DNA of 29,317 nucleotides from a virus (Duplodnaviria; Heunggongvirae; Uroviricota; Caudoviricetes): IMG/VR virus record IMGVR_UViG_2872164251_000007, positions 1 to 29,317 of that record; one strand, 5' to 3'. Shown piece by piece: positions 19,972 to 29,317 of this stretch (position 1 is its first letter; each line of letters starts with the position of its first letter). The notes under the pieces were generated by a model. It saw only the letters and a program-made list of their open reading frames with translations, ran no database searches and was not told where the DNA came from. The position numbers and the translations under genes were made by a program.

Positions 19972-20247
19972 GTGGCTTCCATTTCCATCAGATGTCCTTC
20001 CTGCTCCGCTACTGAAGGCGTGGTGCGTAACGGCAAAAGCACTGCCGGACATCAGCGCTATCTCTGCTCTCATTGCCGTAAAACATGGCAACTACAGTTC
20101 ACTTACACCGCCTCTCAGCCCGGTACGCACCAGAAAATCATTGATATGGCCATGAATGGCGTCGGATGTCGCGCCAGTGCACGCATTATGGGCGTTGGCC
20201 TCAACACGGTTTTACGTCACTTAAAAAACTCAGGCCGCAGTCGGTAA
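19972..20247 (+). CDS. insA: IS1 InsA (apparent GTG start)
   Basis: 91-aa ORF (M)[21 protein letters not shown]... with zinc finger; first codon is GTG in this copy. Confidence 0.8.
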   Translation: MASISIRCPSCSATEGVVRNGKSTAGHQRYLCSHCRKTWQLQFTYTASQPGTHQKIIDMAMNGVGCRASARIMGVGLNTVLRHLKNSGRSR

Positions 20248-20669
20248 CCTCGCGCATACAACCGGGCAGTGATGTGATTGTCTGCGCTGAAATGGACGAA
20301 CATTGGGGCTACGTCGGTGCTAAATCACGTCAGCGCTGGCTGTTTTACGCGTATGACAGGATACGGAGGACGGTTGTGGCGCACGTCTTCGGTGAACGCA
20401 CTCTGGCCACACTGGAGCGTCTTCTGAGCCTGCTGTCGGCCTTTGAGGTCATGGTATGGATGACGGATGGCTGGCCGCTGTATGAATCACGCCTGAAGGG
20501 AAAGCTGCACGTTATCAGCAAGCGTTACACTCAGCGCATTGAGCGACATAATCTGAATCTGAGACAACATCTGGCAAGGCTGGGACGGAAGTCACTGTCG
20601 TTCTCAAAATCGGTGGAGCTGCATGACAAGGTCATCGGGCATTATCTGAACATAAAACACTATCAGTAA
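20166..20669 (+). CDS. insB: IS1 InsB (expressed as InsAB' by frameshift)
   Basis: 167-aa ORF overlapping insA, matching IS1 InsB. Confidence 0.8.
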   Translation: MSRQCTHYGRWPQHGFTSLKKLRPQSVTSRIQPGSDVIVCAEMDEHWGYVGAKSRQRWLFYAYDRIRRTVVAHVFGERTLATLERLLSLLSAFEVMVWMTDGWPLYESRLKGKLHVISKRYTQRIERHNLNLRQHLARLGRKSLSFSKSVELHDKVIGHYLNIKHYQ

Positions 20670-20686
20670 GTTGGAGTCATTACCTA

Positions 20687-20938
20687 CTAACAGGATGCTC
20701 TGACTCGCAATTCATCCAGCAGTTTATCATTTCCCATAATGTCACTTACCCTCATCGGTAAAAAAATTGCCTTTCGACCATTACGATACATTATTGATTT
20801 TGGGGTTTCAGGGAAGTAATCCATTTCGACTATAACTGACAGGTCATCACGACGTATGACTGCGTATTTGCTACTAAATAGTTTCTTTATTTTCTCCACG
20901 ATGCCTCCAGGTTTATAAGTACAAACGGTTATATCCAC
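20687..20938 (-). CDS. Hypothetical prophage protein, 83 aa
   Basis: ORF with apparent GTG start, preceded by an AT-rich region; its TAG stop lies inside the IS1 target duplication, so the coding sequence is intact. Confidence 0.4.
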   Translation of the reverse strand: MDITVCTYKPGGIVEKIKKLFSSKYAVIRRDDLSVIVEMDYFPETPKSIMYRNGRKAIFLPMRVSDIMGNDKLLDELRVRASC

Positions 20939-21082
20939 ATAGAGACAAAAATATTAATCTGAAAAATATTTATTTCACGCCGTATATTTGATTGTTTAAT
21001 GTGCAAGTACAATGACTTTTATTTTTTGTTGTGTATATAATCAAATATATGGTTATTTTTCACCCTGCGTATTCAGCACGCA

Positions 21083-21106
21083 ACAAAAAACCCGCCGAAG
21101 CGGGTT
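21083..21106 (-). terminator. Rho-independent terminator downstream of hok
   Basis: Minus strand AAACCCGC-TTCG-GCGGGTTT followed by TTTTTTGT. Confidence 0.5.
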
Positions 21107-21174
21107 TAGTGCGGGTGCGTTGAGGATGCCTGACACATGAGAGGTGGCGAGGGATTTCTCCCCCGCCTGGTCTC

Positions 21175-21330
21175 TTACTCCTCAGGTTCGTAAGCTGTGA
21201 AGACAGCGACCTCCGTCTGGCCGGTTCGGATTCGTACCTCGCAGAGGTCTTTCCTCGTTACCAGTGCCGTCACTATGACGGTTAAACAGATGACGATCAG
21301 GGCGATTAACATCGCCTTTTGCTGCTTCAT
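21175..21330 (-). CDS. hok: Hok-family type I toxin (HokD/RelF-like), 51 aa
   Basis: MKQQKAMLIALIVICLTVIVTALVTRKDLCEVRIRTGQTEVAVFTAYEPEE; the track ORF extends 19 codons upstream in frame (mok-like). Confidence 0.8.
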   Translation of the reverse strand: MKQQKAMLIALIVICLTVIVTALVTRKDLCEVRIRTGQTEVAVFTAYEPEE

Positions 21331-21673
21331 AGCCTGCTTCTCCTTGCCTTTCGGCACGTAAGAGGCTAACCTACATTTGTGAGACATAGATTGGGCCTCA
21401 GATTAATGTTAAGCGTCTTGCAGGACGCGTAATGTTAACTGGGGCTTTTCTCTGTCTGCCTTACAGTGGCATGCCCGAGGCAGACAGCCTCAAGCACCCG
21501 CAGCAATCTTACCGATACCGATAAGAAAACGCTATTTTTTATTGCCAGCACCTTCTATCCAGGCTAATTTATCTGCGTCAGAACGGCGCAATGCGCTCGC
21601 CTGAGATACGTTTACTTGCCATGGTAACAACAGGTAACGGCAATTGCTGTTTCTGTTTTGTTTCCTTCAAAAA

Positions 21674-21704
21674 CCCCGGACCATCAATCCGGGGTTTTTG
21701 TTTG
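21674..21704. terminator. Hairpin terminator, apparently bidirectional
   Basis: CCCCGGA-CCATCAA-TCCGGGG flanked by AAAA upstream and TTTTTGTTTG downstream; lies after the stop of the minus-strand 121-aa gene. Confidence 0.45.
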
Positions 21705-21784
21705 TTAACCCCAACGGCAAATCGAATACACCACCAGCGCCACCGCCATCGCAATTCCTACCGTGGTGAATGCCTCAGGCCAGG

Positions 21785-22150
21785 TCATTGATTCACCTCC
21801 TGCGGTGGTTCCGGTAGCGGCATCCAGTGAGTTGAGCTCTCTACTTCAACGCCGTCTTTGTCCACAAAAGCCATCTTATTCCCGCCACGAGTGGGGCAAA
21901 AAACCTTATCCCAGGAACCGGGGAATACATTCCCGAGATCATCGAGAAGAATCACATCGCAATATTCAGCAGGAACTGCATCACTACAGCTTATCCAGCC
22001 AGCCAGAGTTACCGGAGAGTTGCCAGCCTTACGCATGGCCATTTCCACGATTTCAACCATATCTCCTGGTGGAATTTTACAAAGTTGCCCAATACATTTC
22101 TGCTGCCTGGCATATTCGAGAATGTGCTCCAGTTTGGTTCGATTAATCAT
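21785..22150 (-). CDS. Hypothetical prophage protein, 121 aa (DUF551-like)
   Basis: ORF co-oriented with neighbouring phage genes; its ATG overlaps the stop of the upstream 221-aa gene by one nucleotide. Confidence 0.45.
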   Translation of the reverse strand: MINRTKLEHILEYARQQKCIGQLCKIPPGDMVEIVEMAMRKAGNSPVTLAGWISCSDAVPAEYCDVILLDDLGNVFPGSWDKVFCPTRGGNKMAFVDKDGVEVESSTHWMPLPEPPQEVNQ

Positions 22151-22815
22151 TATTTATCTCCCTTAAGCATGGCAGCGCGGCAGGCGTTCCAGCCATCAAC
22201 ATAATCAAACGTATTACTATCGTTTGGCCCGATTTCATCCGGCACTATCGGCTCTGGTTGGATAGTGACGTTGGCAAAGGCAGCACGCAAACCGGTTTTA
22301 ATTTCTTCGATTTCACCAGAGCCAAGCGATGAATCTGACAGTGCGTGATGGAATGCGTAAGCCATGTCGTCGTTTACTGCAACCGGCACTGCCGGCGCTG
22401 CGTAAAGCGGTGTTATATCTGCCCGAAAATCACATGCTTTATGCAGTCGTACCCAACGCTCAACTTCCGCTTTGTCAAAATATATAGCAGTGAACGTATT
22501 AGATTCCTGGTCAACTTGAGTAAACGTCACCTTCCACGCTACAGCTACGGCTTTCCATCCATCAGGTTGTCGCATTCGCGGGGCAGCATAAAGCTCATGC
22601 ATTCCATCAGGCAGCGAGTGACCCACATACTCACCGAACCCGTCAATACACATGCCCCCATCTTCAACAATGCATTCCGCTACAGGCTCTGCTTCCAGTG
22701 ATGCCAGAGCGATAAGCGCCAGTTCACGAATTTCACCGCCGTCTATATCGTCAATATCATCGCGGCCAGAAATGTTAGCCAGCCATTGCAGTCGCTCTTT
22801 GGTAATAGTGGCCAT
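22150..22815 (-). CDS. Hypothetical prophage protein, 221 aa, acidic
   Basis: ORF in the track, co-oriented; no family recognised. Confidence 0.5.
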   Translation of the reverse strand: MATITKERLQWLANISGRDDIDDIDGGEIRELALIALASLEAEPVAECIVEDGGMCIDGFGEYVGHSLPDGMHELYAAPRMRQPDGWKAVAVAWKVTFTQVDQESNTFTAIYFDKAEVERWVRLHKACDFRADITPLYAAPAVPVAVNDDMAYAFHHALSDSSLGSGEIEEIKTGLRAAFANVTIQPEPIVPDEIGPNDSNTFDYVDGWNACRAAMLKGDK

Positions 22816-23177
22816 GCCGTAGCCCCTTCTTGATATTTTTCAAACCAGAACACAACCGGGTCAGATTTCATTTCAACCAATCCCATACGAACCAGCGCTT
22901 TGCCTTTCCCGGACGCAAGGAATTCACGACGACCATCACTGATAATTCGTCGATAATCTTCTAGGCTACTGCAATGCTTGTGCAGATTGCATGGGTGGCA
23001 TTCTGGTACCATGTTGGATATATCGTCACGTTCCTGGTGAAGCATATTTCCATCAAAACGAATGACCGGTTTTACATGGTCTGCATGCCACTTTTCGCCA
23101 AGTTCGCAGCCGCAATAAGCGCAGCGACCACCGAACTTCATGCGCAGTTCTGCACGTTGTTTTTTCGTCAGTGCCAT
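22743..23177 (-). CDS. HNH endonuclease
   Basis: Start at internal Met MALTKKQRAEL with AAGGAAAG RBS; motifs CAYCGC...WHADHVKP...CHPCNLHK. Confidence 0.75.
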   Translation of the reverse strand: MALTKKQRAELRMKFGGRCAYCGCELGEKWHADHVKPVIRFDGNMLHQERDDISNMVPECHPCNLHKHCSSLEDYRRIISDGRREFLASGKGKALVRMGLVEMKSDPVVFWFEKYQEGATAWPLLPKSDCNGWLTFLAAMILTI

Positions 23178-23489
23178 ATCAGCTTTCCTTATACGGATTA
23201 ATTTTATTGTGCAGTGTGTTGAATGACGCCCATACCACGTCGTTATACAATTCAATAACTGGCTCAATTATTTTTCCGATTATCCAGACAAAAATTAGCG
23301 GGGATATCGGTGTCATCAACACGATAAACAGAATGAGAAACAGGAATTCTGTTGTTCTACTCTTTCGCGGATATTTTTTTCTAAATAATGTAACCATTCA
23401 TTACCGCCCTTTCGGGCGGTCTCCTGATGATTTGAGGGTGCAGAAATCCCTCCGGTTAAGGATTAAATTTTTAACAGTGCTAAATTTAA

Positions 23490-23846
23490 TTATTCAGTTC
23501 TGGATTTTGTCGCCCTGCGTATCCGCGCTTTCGCGTTACGCTCAATCTGTATCAGCTTTTCTATATTTCTCCGCCTTTCCTGTTCCTCCTGGCGCAATAG
23601 CCTTACATCATCTGCCAGTCTGGTTTCTCTTTTTGCCACAGAGAGCATCCAGTCAAACGGCTCCACAACCGCACCGCAGATTTTACAGCGGACCTGACGC
23701 TCTTTTTCGTCAACCCGGACAGAGGCGTGATGGCAATATGGTCTTTCCGATGGTTCATAAAGAAAATTAACCTGATTACGTGGGTCATCCTCTTTTACCG
23801 GAAATAAAACGATATTGCTTAACTCATCTTCTGGTTTTATTTCCAT
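23490..23846 (-). CDS. Hypothetical prophage protein, 118 aa, possible zinc-ribbon
   Basis: ORF in the track; contains a C-x2-C pair (CKICG) preceded by CHH; basic C-terminus. Confidence 0.45.
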   Translation of the reverse strand: MEIKPEDELSNIVLFPVKEDDPRNQVNFLYEPSERPYCHHASVRVDEKERQVRCKICGAVVEPFDWMLSVAKRETRLADDVRLLRQEEQERRRNIEKLIQIERNAKARIRRATKSRTE

Positions 23847-23903
23847 GCTCCTCTCCTTTGATGCGAATACCAGCGGTAATTGAAGCCTGATAGCTAATTT
23901 TAC

Positions 23904-24326
23904 TCACAGTACCGCCTCCTGAAATTTCCCCTGATAAAACGCCAGCACGCGCTGCATAGCTTCGCTCTTCCGGCACTCGCGACAGATTATATTCAGGCGC
24001 CTGTCGTAGCGGCGTATTTCTCCGTCTGGTAATGACCAGATAAGGTCAGGATCAACCACAACCGGTTTCTTCACCTTTACCCTCGATAGCTTTTTGCGGG
24101 CGTTTTGCCAGTCTTTATGAGCCTGTTCAGAGGGAAATACCCCGTAGCCAGAATTATATACATCACCACTTGCGACCAGTTCCATGCATAAGCGACCGAC
24201 AGACGCACGACTGATACCTGTTTCATCTGACAACTGCCGAATCGTGACCCGACCGTCCTGATGCACGAGTTCCACAATTCGCGTCTTCAGTTCTTCCCGC
24301 TGTTCGGGAGTAAAAGGTTTCGCCAT
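23904..24326 (-). CDS. Hypothetical prophage protein, 140 aa, possible winged-helix DNA-binding
   Basis: ORF directly downstream of the DnaC-like gene. Confidence 0.45.
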   Translation of the reverse strand: MAKPFTPEQREELKTRIVELVHQDGRVTIRQLSDETGISRASVGRLCMELVASGDVYNSGYGVFPSEQAHKDWQNARKKLSRVKVKKPVVVDPDLIWSLPDGEIRRYDRRLNIICRECRKSEAMQRVLAFYQGKFQEAVL

Positions 24327-24340
24327 AAATCCTCCTGAAA

Positions 24341-25087
24341 CTACTTAACAACCCTCGAATGGCTAACATTCGGACGCCAGCTCTCCCAGTTAAAATTCAC
24401 CCAGCGCCCGCCGTTCATGACCATGCGATCCATCACCCGCTCGCCGAGAAGTGTATTCATCGCTGCATGGTTAATATTTGTCAGCATCCCCACACCGCGT
24501 AACGATGCCGTCCGGCGATCAACAATCTGGTTCAGTACCACCTGCTCGTTTTTCGTATCCCGCTGCATGCCAATTTCATCCAGGACCAGCAGGTCAACAC
24601 CACAAAGCTCCTGTAAAAATTTTTCACCGGATTTGCCGTTGTCGTAGCTCTCATGCAACACGCTCATGACATCGGACACGGTGACGATAATCACGCTACG
24701 CCCCTTCGCCATCAGCCGGTTGCCAATCGCGGCTGCAAGATGATTTTTTCCGGTGCCGGGCTTACCGCTGAACACAAAATTCGTACAGCCTGTCATCAGT
24801 TCGTCAGCTATGGATTTCGCCTGACTCAGTGCATGTCGCTGACCGTCGTTCTGCGCCCGGTAATTCGCAAACGAACACTTCCGGTGCAACGGCTGGATGC
24901 CGGAGCGGTTCAGAATTTTTTCCACCCGCAACTGACGATTCAGGCGGTTGATCTCCTCGCAACGTTTCTGGCCTTCAGCAAGTTGCCACTCGCGCCACTC
25001 CGCAACCGTTCTGAATGGGGCGGTTACATGTGGTGGGGTCAGTCTGCGGATACGCTCCAGAACGCCTCCTGTCGCAATATTTTTCAT
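24341..25087 (-). CDS. Phage replication protein, DnaC/IstB-like AAA+ helicase loader
   Basis: Walker A GKPGTGKNHL and Walker B LLVLDEIG; follows the replication initiator gene, as in lambdoid O-P modules. Confidence 0.8.
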   Translation of the reverse strand: MKNIATGGVLERIRRLTPPHVTAPFRTVAEWREWQLAEGQKRCEEINRLNRQLRVEKILNRSGIQPLHRKCSFANYRAQNDGQRHALSQAKSIADELMTGCTNFVFSGKPGTGKNHLAAAIGNRLMAKGRSVIIVTVSDVMSVLHESYDNGKSGEKFLQELCGVDLLVLDEIGMQRDTKNEQVVLNQIVDRRTASLRGVGMLTNINHAAMNTLLGERVMDRMVMNGGRWVNFNWESWRPNVSHSRVVK

Positions 25088-25925
25088 GGTCTGTTACCCC
25101 CTGAAGCCTGGCGGGATCGCACTGTCCGGCAACGAGACGGTGTTAACCTGTCGGAGCAACGTCTCAGGCCGAACACCTTTCGGCGCGAACAGACCCTGGT
25201 ATTCATTGGCGATGCTGTGTCGAATCACCTGCTCAGGTGTAAAACCCTGCTGACGGAATTTTTCCAGTTCCCGTATCGCCCCGTTAGCGCCCAGCTCCGT
25301 TCGAATCGGTTTTCGCAATGCCTGCCTGAACTGGACCCACTCATGCCAGAGTGTATCTGGCAACCAGTCGGGCAGATCAACTGACAACGGGTCAAATTTT
25401 TTCTGGCGAACAGCCCCACCGATAACCAGAATTCCCTGCTCGGTGTGCCTTGCGATATCACTGCGCCGCAAGACACATATCCCGGTTTCAACAGCACCGA
25501 TTTTGAGCAGTGATTTCTGTCGCGGAGAATTTCGGTCAAGCTCGATCCCACACCGGACACCGTTCCTGTCAGTCACGACGATATCAATCCGCCCTCCGCA
25601 ACCGTCACCACGCTCTGGCACCGGATACTCACGACAGACATCCAGGCCAGCAGCCTGCAACGCAACCACCGCAGAATTACAAAATTCCGCTGCAGTACCG
25701 CCAGATAATCTCCCCTCAAGCACTCCAGCCACAAAATCCCGAAACTCCCTTCCGGAAGGGAAGGGTTTGGGATGGGTTAGATCTGTTTTTAGATCTTTAT
25801 CTGTATCTTTATTAGTTGCCTTTGTGTTGGCATCTAGACTGGCCCCCTGAATCTCCAGACAACCAGTATCACTTATTTAAGTGATAGCCTTAATACTAGT
25901 TTTTAGACTAGTCATTGGAGAACAG

Positions 25926-26291
25926 ATGATTGATGTCTTAGGGCCGGAGAAACGCAGACGGCGTACCACACAGGAAAAGATCGCAATTGTTCAGCAGAGC
26001 TTTGAACCGGGGATGACGGTCTCCCTCGTTGCCCGGCAACATGGTGTAGCAGCCAGCCAGTTATTTCTCTGGCGTAAGCAATACCAGGAAGGAAGTCTTA
26101 CTGCTGTGGCCGCCGGAGAACAGGTTGTTCCTGCCTCTGAACTTGCTGCCGCCATGAAGCAGATTAAAGAACTCCAGCGCCTGCTCGGCAAGAAAACGAT
26201 GGAAAATGAACTCCTCAAAGAAGCCGTTGAATATGGACGGGCAAAAAAGTGGATAGCGCACGCGCCCTTATTGCCCGGGGATGGGGAGTAA
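25926..26291 (+). CDS. insC: IS2 InsC (orfA)
   Basis: [41 protein letters not shown]..., start at the internal Met of the track ORF. Confidence 0.85.
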
Positions 26292-27154
26292 GCTTAGTCA
26301 GCCGTTGTCTCCGGGGGTCGCGTGCGCAGTTGCACGTCATTCTCAGACGAACCGATGACTGGATGGATGGCCGCCGCAGTCGTCACACTGATGATACGGA
26401 TGTGCTTCTCCGTATACACCATGTTATCGGAGAGCTGCCCACGTATGGTTATCGTCGGGTATGGGCGCTGCTTCGCAGACAGGCAGAACTTGATGGTATG
26501 CCTGCGATCAATGCCAAACGTGTTTACCGGATCATGCGCCAGAATGCGCTGTTGCTTGAGCGAAAACCTGCTGTACCGCCATCGAAACGGGCACATACAG
26601 GCAGAGTGGCCGTGAAAGAAAGCAATCAGCGATGGTGCTCTGACGGGTTCGAGTTCTGCTGTGATAACGGAGAGAGACTGCGTGTCACGTTCGCGCTGGA
26701 CTGCTGTGATCGTGAGGCACTGCACTGGGCGGTGACTACCGGCGGCTTCAACAGTGAAACAGTACAGGACGTCATGCTGGGAGCGGTGGAACGCCGCTTC
26801 GGCAACGATCTTCCGTCGTCTCCAGTGGAGTGGCTGACGGATAATGGTTCATGCTACCGGGCTAATGAAACACGCCAGTTCGCCCGGATGTTGGGACTTG
26901 AACCGAAGAACACGGCGGTGCGGAGTCCGGAGAGTAACGGAATAGCAGAGAGCTTCGTGAAAACGATAAAGCGTGACTACATCAGTATCATGCCCAAACC
27001 AGACGGGTTAACGGCAGCAAAGAACCTTGCAGAGGCGTTCGAGCATTATAACGAATGGCATCCGCATAGTGCGCTGGGTTATCGCTCGCCACGGGAATAT
27101 CTGCGGCAGCGGGCTTGTAATGGGTTAAGTGATAACAGATGTCTGGAAATATAG
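26249..27154 (+). CDS. insD: IS2 InsD (orfB, DDE transposase domain)
   Basis: 301-aa ORF overlapping insC, matching IS2 InsD. Confidence 0.85.
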
Positions 27155-27681
27155 GGGCAAATCCAGCATCATGTTCGAACACCACTCCAACATCTGTTTG
27201 AACACCTGTTAAATTTCTCTCTTGTTTTGTTTGAACATCTGCTTCCTTTCTGCTTCTTCTGGCCTGAACAGATGCTTTTCCTGCGGCTGATTTTTTGGTT
27301 AATTTTTCTCTGACAGATGCCAGATCTTCCTCAATCCGAAGATGCATCCATTCGTCGCCGTTATCACAAAAAAACTCCCGCAAGGATGGTTCAACATCAA
27401 CCCATCGCTCGTTAGTCAGACGGGCAATTTTTGCCAACCTGTTTTTGGGTATTGGCTTTCCTGTTTGCCAGTAATTGAACATCAGCAACAAATACGCGCC
27501 GTGCTCCTCTGCTGACAAATGCATGGTGTCAGCCAGATAATCAGCTATGTACAGTTGCATGTATGGTAATGCGGCCATAATTGCCCCGTATGATGCTACC
27601 CGGTTGCTTAGAATAAGTGAGGTAGCCTGAGTTTAACGGACGCTCCTTCCTGAAATAGAATGGCATCAGAAGGAGCTAATA

Positions 27682-27984
27682 ATGAGCAGAAAAACCCAAC
27701 GTTACTCTAAAGAGTTCAAAGCCGAAGCTGTCAGAACGGTTCTTGAAAATCAACTTTCGATCAGTGAAGGCGCTTCCCGATTATCTCTTCCTGAAGGCAC
27801 TTTAGGACAATGGGTTACCGCCGCCAGAAAAGGGCTCGGTACTCCTGGTTCCCGCACGCTGGCTGAACTGGAATCTGAAATTCTGCAGCTGCGTAAGGCG
27901 TTAAATGAAGCTCGCCTTGAGCGAGATATATTAAAAAAAGCAACAGCGTATTTTGCACAGGAGTCGCTGAAAAATACGCGTTAA
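27682..27984 (+). CDS. IS600 orfA
   Basis: 100-aa ORF MSRKTQRYSKEFKAEAVRTVLENQ... Confidence 0.85.
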   Translation: MSRKTQRYSKEFKAEAVRTVLENQLSISEGASRLSLPEGTLGQWVTAARKGLGTPGSRTLAELESEILQLRKALNEARLERDILKKATAYFAQESLKNTR

Positions 27985-28019
27985 TCGAACAATGGCGACA
28001 ACAATTTCCCATTGAAGCG

Positions 28020-28838
28020 ATGTGTCAGGTATTTGGTGTATCCAGGAGCGGTTATTACAACTGGGTACAGCATGAACCCTCAGACAGAAAACAAAGTGAT
28101 GAGCGGCTAAAACTGGAGATTAAGGTGGCACATATCCGCACTCGCGAAACATATGGAACCCGGCGGCTCCAGACGGAGCTGGCAGAGAATGGCATCATCG
28201 TTGGTCGTGACCGACTGGCACGTCTTCGTAAGGAGCTGAGGCTACGCTGTAAGCAGAAACGCAAGTTCAGAGCGACTACGAACCCGAACCACAATCTGCC
28301 AGTTGCGCCAAATCTGCTGAACCAGACGTTCGCTCCTACAGCACCAAATCAGGTCTGGGTGGCGGACCTGACGTATGTTGCCACACAGGAGGGATGGTTG
28401 TACCTCGCTGGCATCAAAGATGTTTATACGTGTGAAATTGTCGGCTACGCCATGGGAGAGCGCATGACAAAAGAGCTGACAGGTAAAGCCCTGTTTATGG
28501 CGCTCAGGAGCCAGCGCCCACCTGCCGGGCTAATCCACCACTCTGATCGAGGTTCACAGTACTGCGCATACGATTACCGGGTCATACAGGAGCAGTTTGG
28601 TCTGAAAACATCAATGTCGCGTAAAGGTAACTGTTACGACAACGCTCCGATGGAAAGCTTCTGGGGAACGCTGAAAAATGAGAGCCTGAGCCACTATCGT
28701 TTTAATAACCGGGATGAAGCCATCTCAGTAATACGGGAATACATTGAGATTTTCTACAATCGTCAGCGTCGTCACTCTCGTCTGGGGAATATCTCCCCGG
28801 CAGCCTTCAGGGAAAAATATCATCAGATGGCTGCTTAA
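28020..28838 (+). CDS. IS600 orfB (DDE transposase domain)
   Basis: 272-aa ORF, identical in protein to the copy at 4248-5066. Confidence 0.85.
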   Translation: MCQVFGVSRSGYYNWVQHEPSDRKQSDERLKLEIKVAHIRTRETYGTRRLQTELAENGIIVGRDRLARLRKELRLRCKQKRKFRATTNPNHNLPVAPNLLNQTFAPTAPNQVWVADLTYVATQEGWLYLAGIKDVYTCEIVGYAMGERMTKELTGKALFMALRSQRPPAGLIHHSDRGSQYCAYDYRVIQEQFGLKTSMSRKGNCYDNAPMESFWGTLKNESLSHYRFNNRDEAISVIREYIEIFYNRQRRHSRLGNISPAAFREKYHQMAA

Positions 28839-28881
28839 AAAAAGAACAAATGGTAGTGTCCGCTATTGCCAGTACACCTCA

Positions 28882-29317
28882 GGACGCCTGCATCAAAACG
28901 TTCAGAAACGACATCGGTCAAACCATAATCAATGGTAAGCTGAATATCAATTTCAGGATGCGATTTCAGGAATGTGCGCATGGCTGGTAACAATATCGTT
29001 TTTGCTGCATGTTCTACAGTAGTAATACGTATTGTCCCGGATGGGCGGTTCTGCAGATCGCTCAGGGATGTCAGGGCAGAATCTATGTCATGCAATATAG
29101 GGCCAAGAACAGACAAAAGATGCTCGCCCGCTTCAGTGGGTACAACGCTGCGCGTGGTTCGCGTCAGAAGCCGCAATCCCAATCGTTCTTCTATACGGCG
29201 CACTATCTGGCTTAAAGCTGACTGCACCATGCTCAGGCGGGCTGCTGCGCGAGTGAAGCTACGCTCCTCTGCAACGACGACAAACGCCATCAGATCAGCG
29301 ATTTCTTCACGCTTCAT
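28882..29317 (-). pseudogene. LysR-family transcriptional regulator, 3'-truncated by IS600 (about 145 N-terminal codons retained)
   Basis: N-terminal HTH region MKREEIADLMAFVVVAEERSFTRAAARLSMVQSALSQIVRRIEERLG is a typical LysR signature; the frame runs into the IS600 right end at 28881. Confidence 0.7.

Larger units (their letters stand above)
19917..20684 (+). mobile_element. IS1 (divergent variant), 768 bp, with 9-bp target duplication TACTAACAG
   Basis: Ends GGTAATGCTGCCAACTTACTGAT... and ...AAGTTGGAGTCATTACC; TACTAACAG at 19908-19916 and 20685-20693. Confidence 0.9.
25835..27165 (+). mobile_element. IS2 (IS3 family), intact 1331 bp, with 5-bp target duplication GCATC
   Basis: Ends TAGACTGGCCCCCTGAATCTCC... 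and ...ATAGGGGCAAATCCA; GCATC at 25830-25834 and 27166-27170. Confidence 0.9.
25094..27578 (-). pseudogene. Phage replication initiator-like protein (YdaU/DUF1376-like N-terminus), split by IS2
   Basis: N-terminal 136 codons at 27171-27578 and C-terminal part at 25094-25829 are in the same frame once IS2 plus one TSD copy (1336 bp) are removed, giving an uninterrupted ORF of about 382 aa. Confidence 0.6.
27618..28881 (+). mobile_element. IS600 (IS3 family), complete 1264-bp copy
   Basis: Ends TGAGGTAGCCTGAGTTTAACGG... and ...GCCAGTACACCTCA; flanking trinucleotides differ (AAG vs GGA), so no intact target duplication. Confidence 0.9.

Noticed and set aside
21591-22166. Plus-strand ORFs 21591-21791, 21763-22146 and 21858-22166
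   Set aside because: They overlap the co-oriented minus-strand prophage genes and the terminator hairpin; no RBS or family signal.

Overview
This window reads as an enterobacterial (Shigella / E. coli-like) chromosomal segment: a degenerate lambdoid prophage heavily colonised by insertion sequences, with a small integrase-bearing island nested inside it. All calls rest on reading the sequence and on recalled protein families; no database search was run. Read on the minus strand, the prophage runs from a replication module (initiator split by IS2, DnaC-like loader) through HNH, DUF-type nin-region genes and a hok toxin, to a Q-like antiterminator with a PR'-like promoter and terminator, then a four-tRNA cluster (Ile-CAU, Arg-UCU, Thr-UGU, Gly-UCC) and a crippled lysis cassette (frameshifted holin, endolysin truncated by IS600), with a sitD-like permease at the window start. 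Nine IS copies from seven families (IS66-family, IS600 x3, IS911, IS629, IS91, IS1, IS2) make up about 42% of the window; several have perfect target-site duplications that let the interrupted genes be reconstructed. The most interesting region is the roughly 6.3 kb (IS-corrected) island at about 5811-14704, apparently integrated into the 3' end of the prophage tRNA-Gly. It carries a 536-aa tyrosine integrase, an AT-rich gene with a HEPN-like Rx4H motif, about 0.9 kb of ORF-poor DNA with three T7-group phage promoter-like sequences on the minus strand, and downstream of them a Rha-family gene (split by IS629), two unknown proteins (163 and 329 aa) and two small ORFs. I do not recognise this arrangement as a described element; the T7-like promoters suggest a cassette expressed by the RNA polymerase of an infecting T7-like phage (satellite or defence). 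No rRNA, CRISPR array or stx genes were seen.
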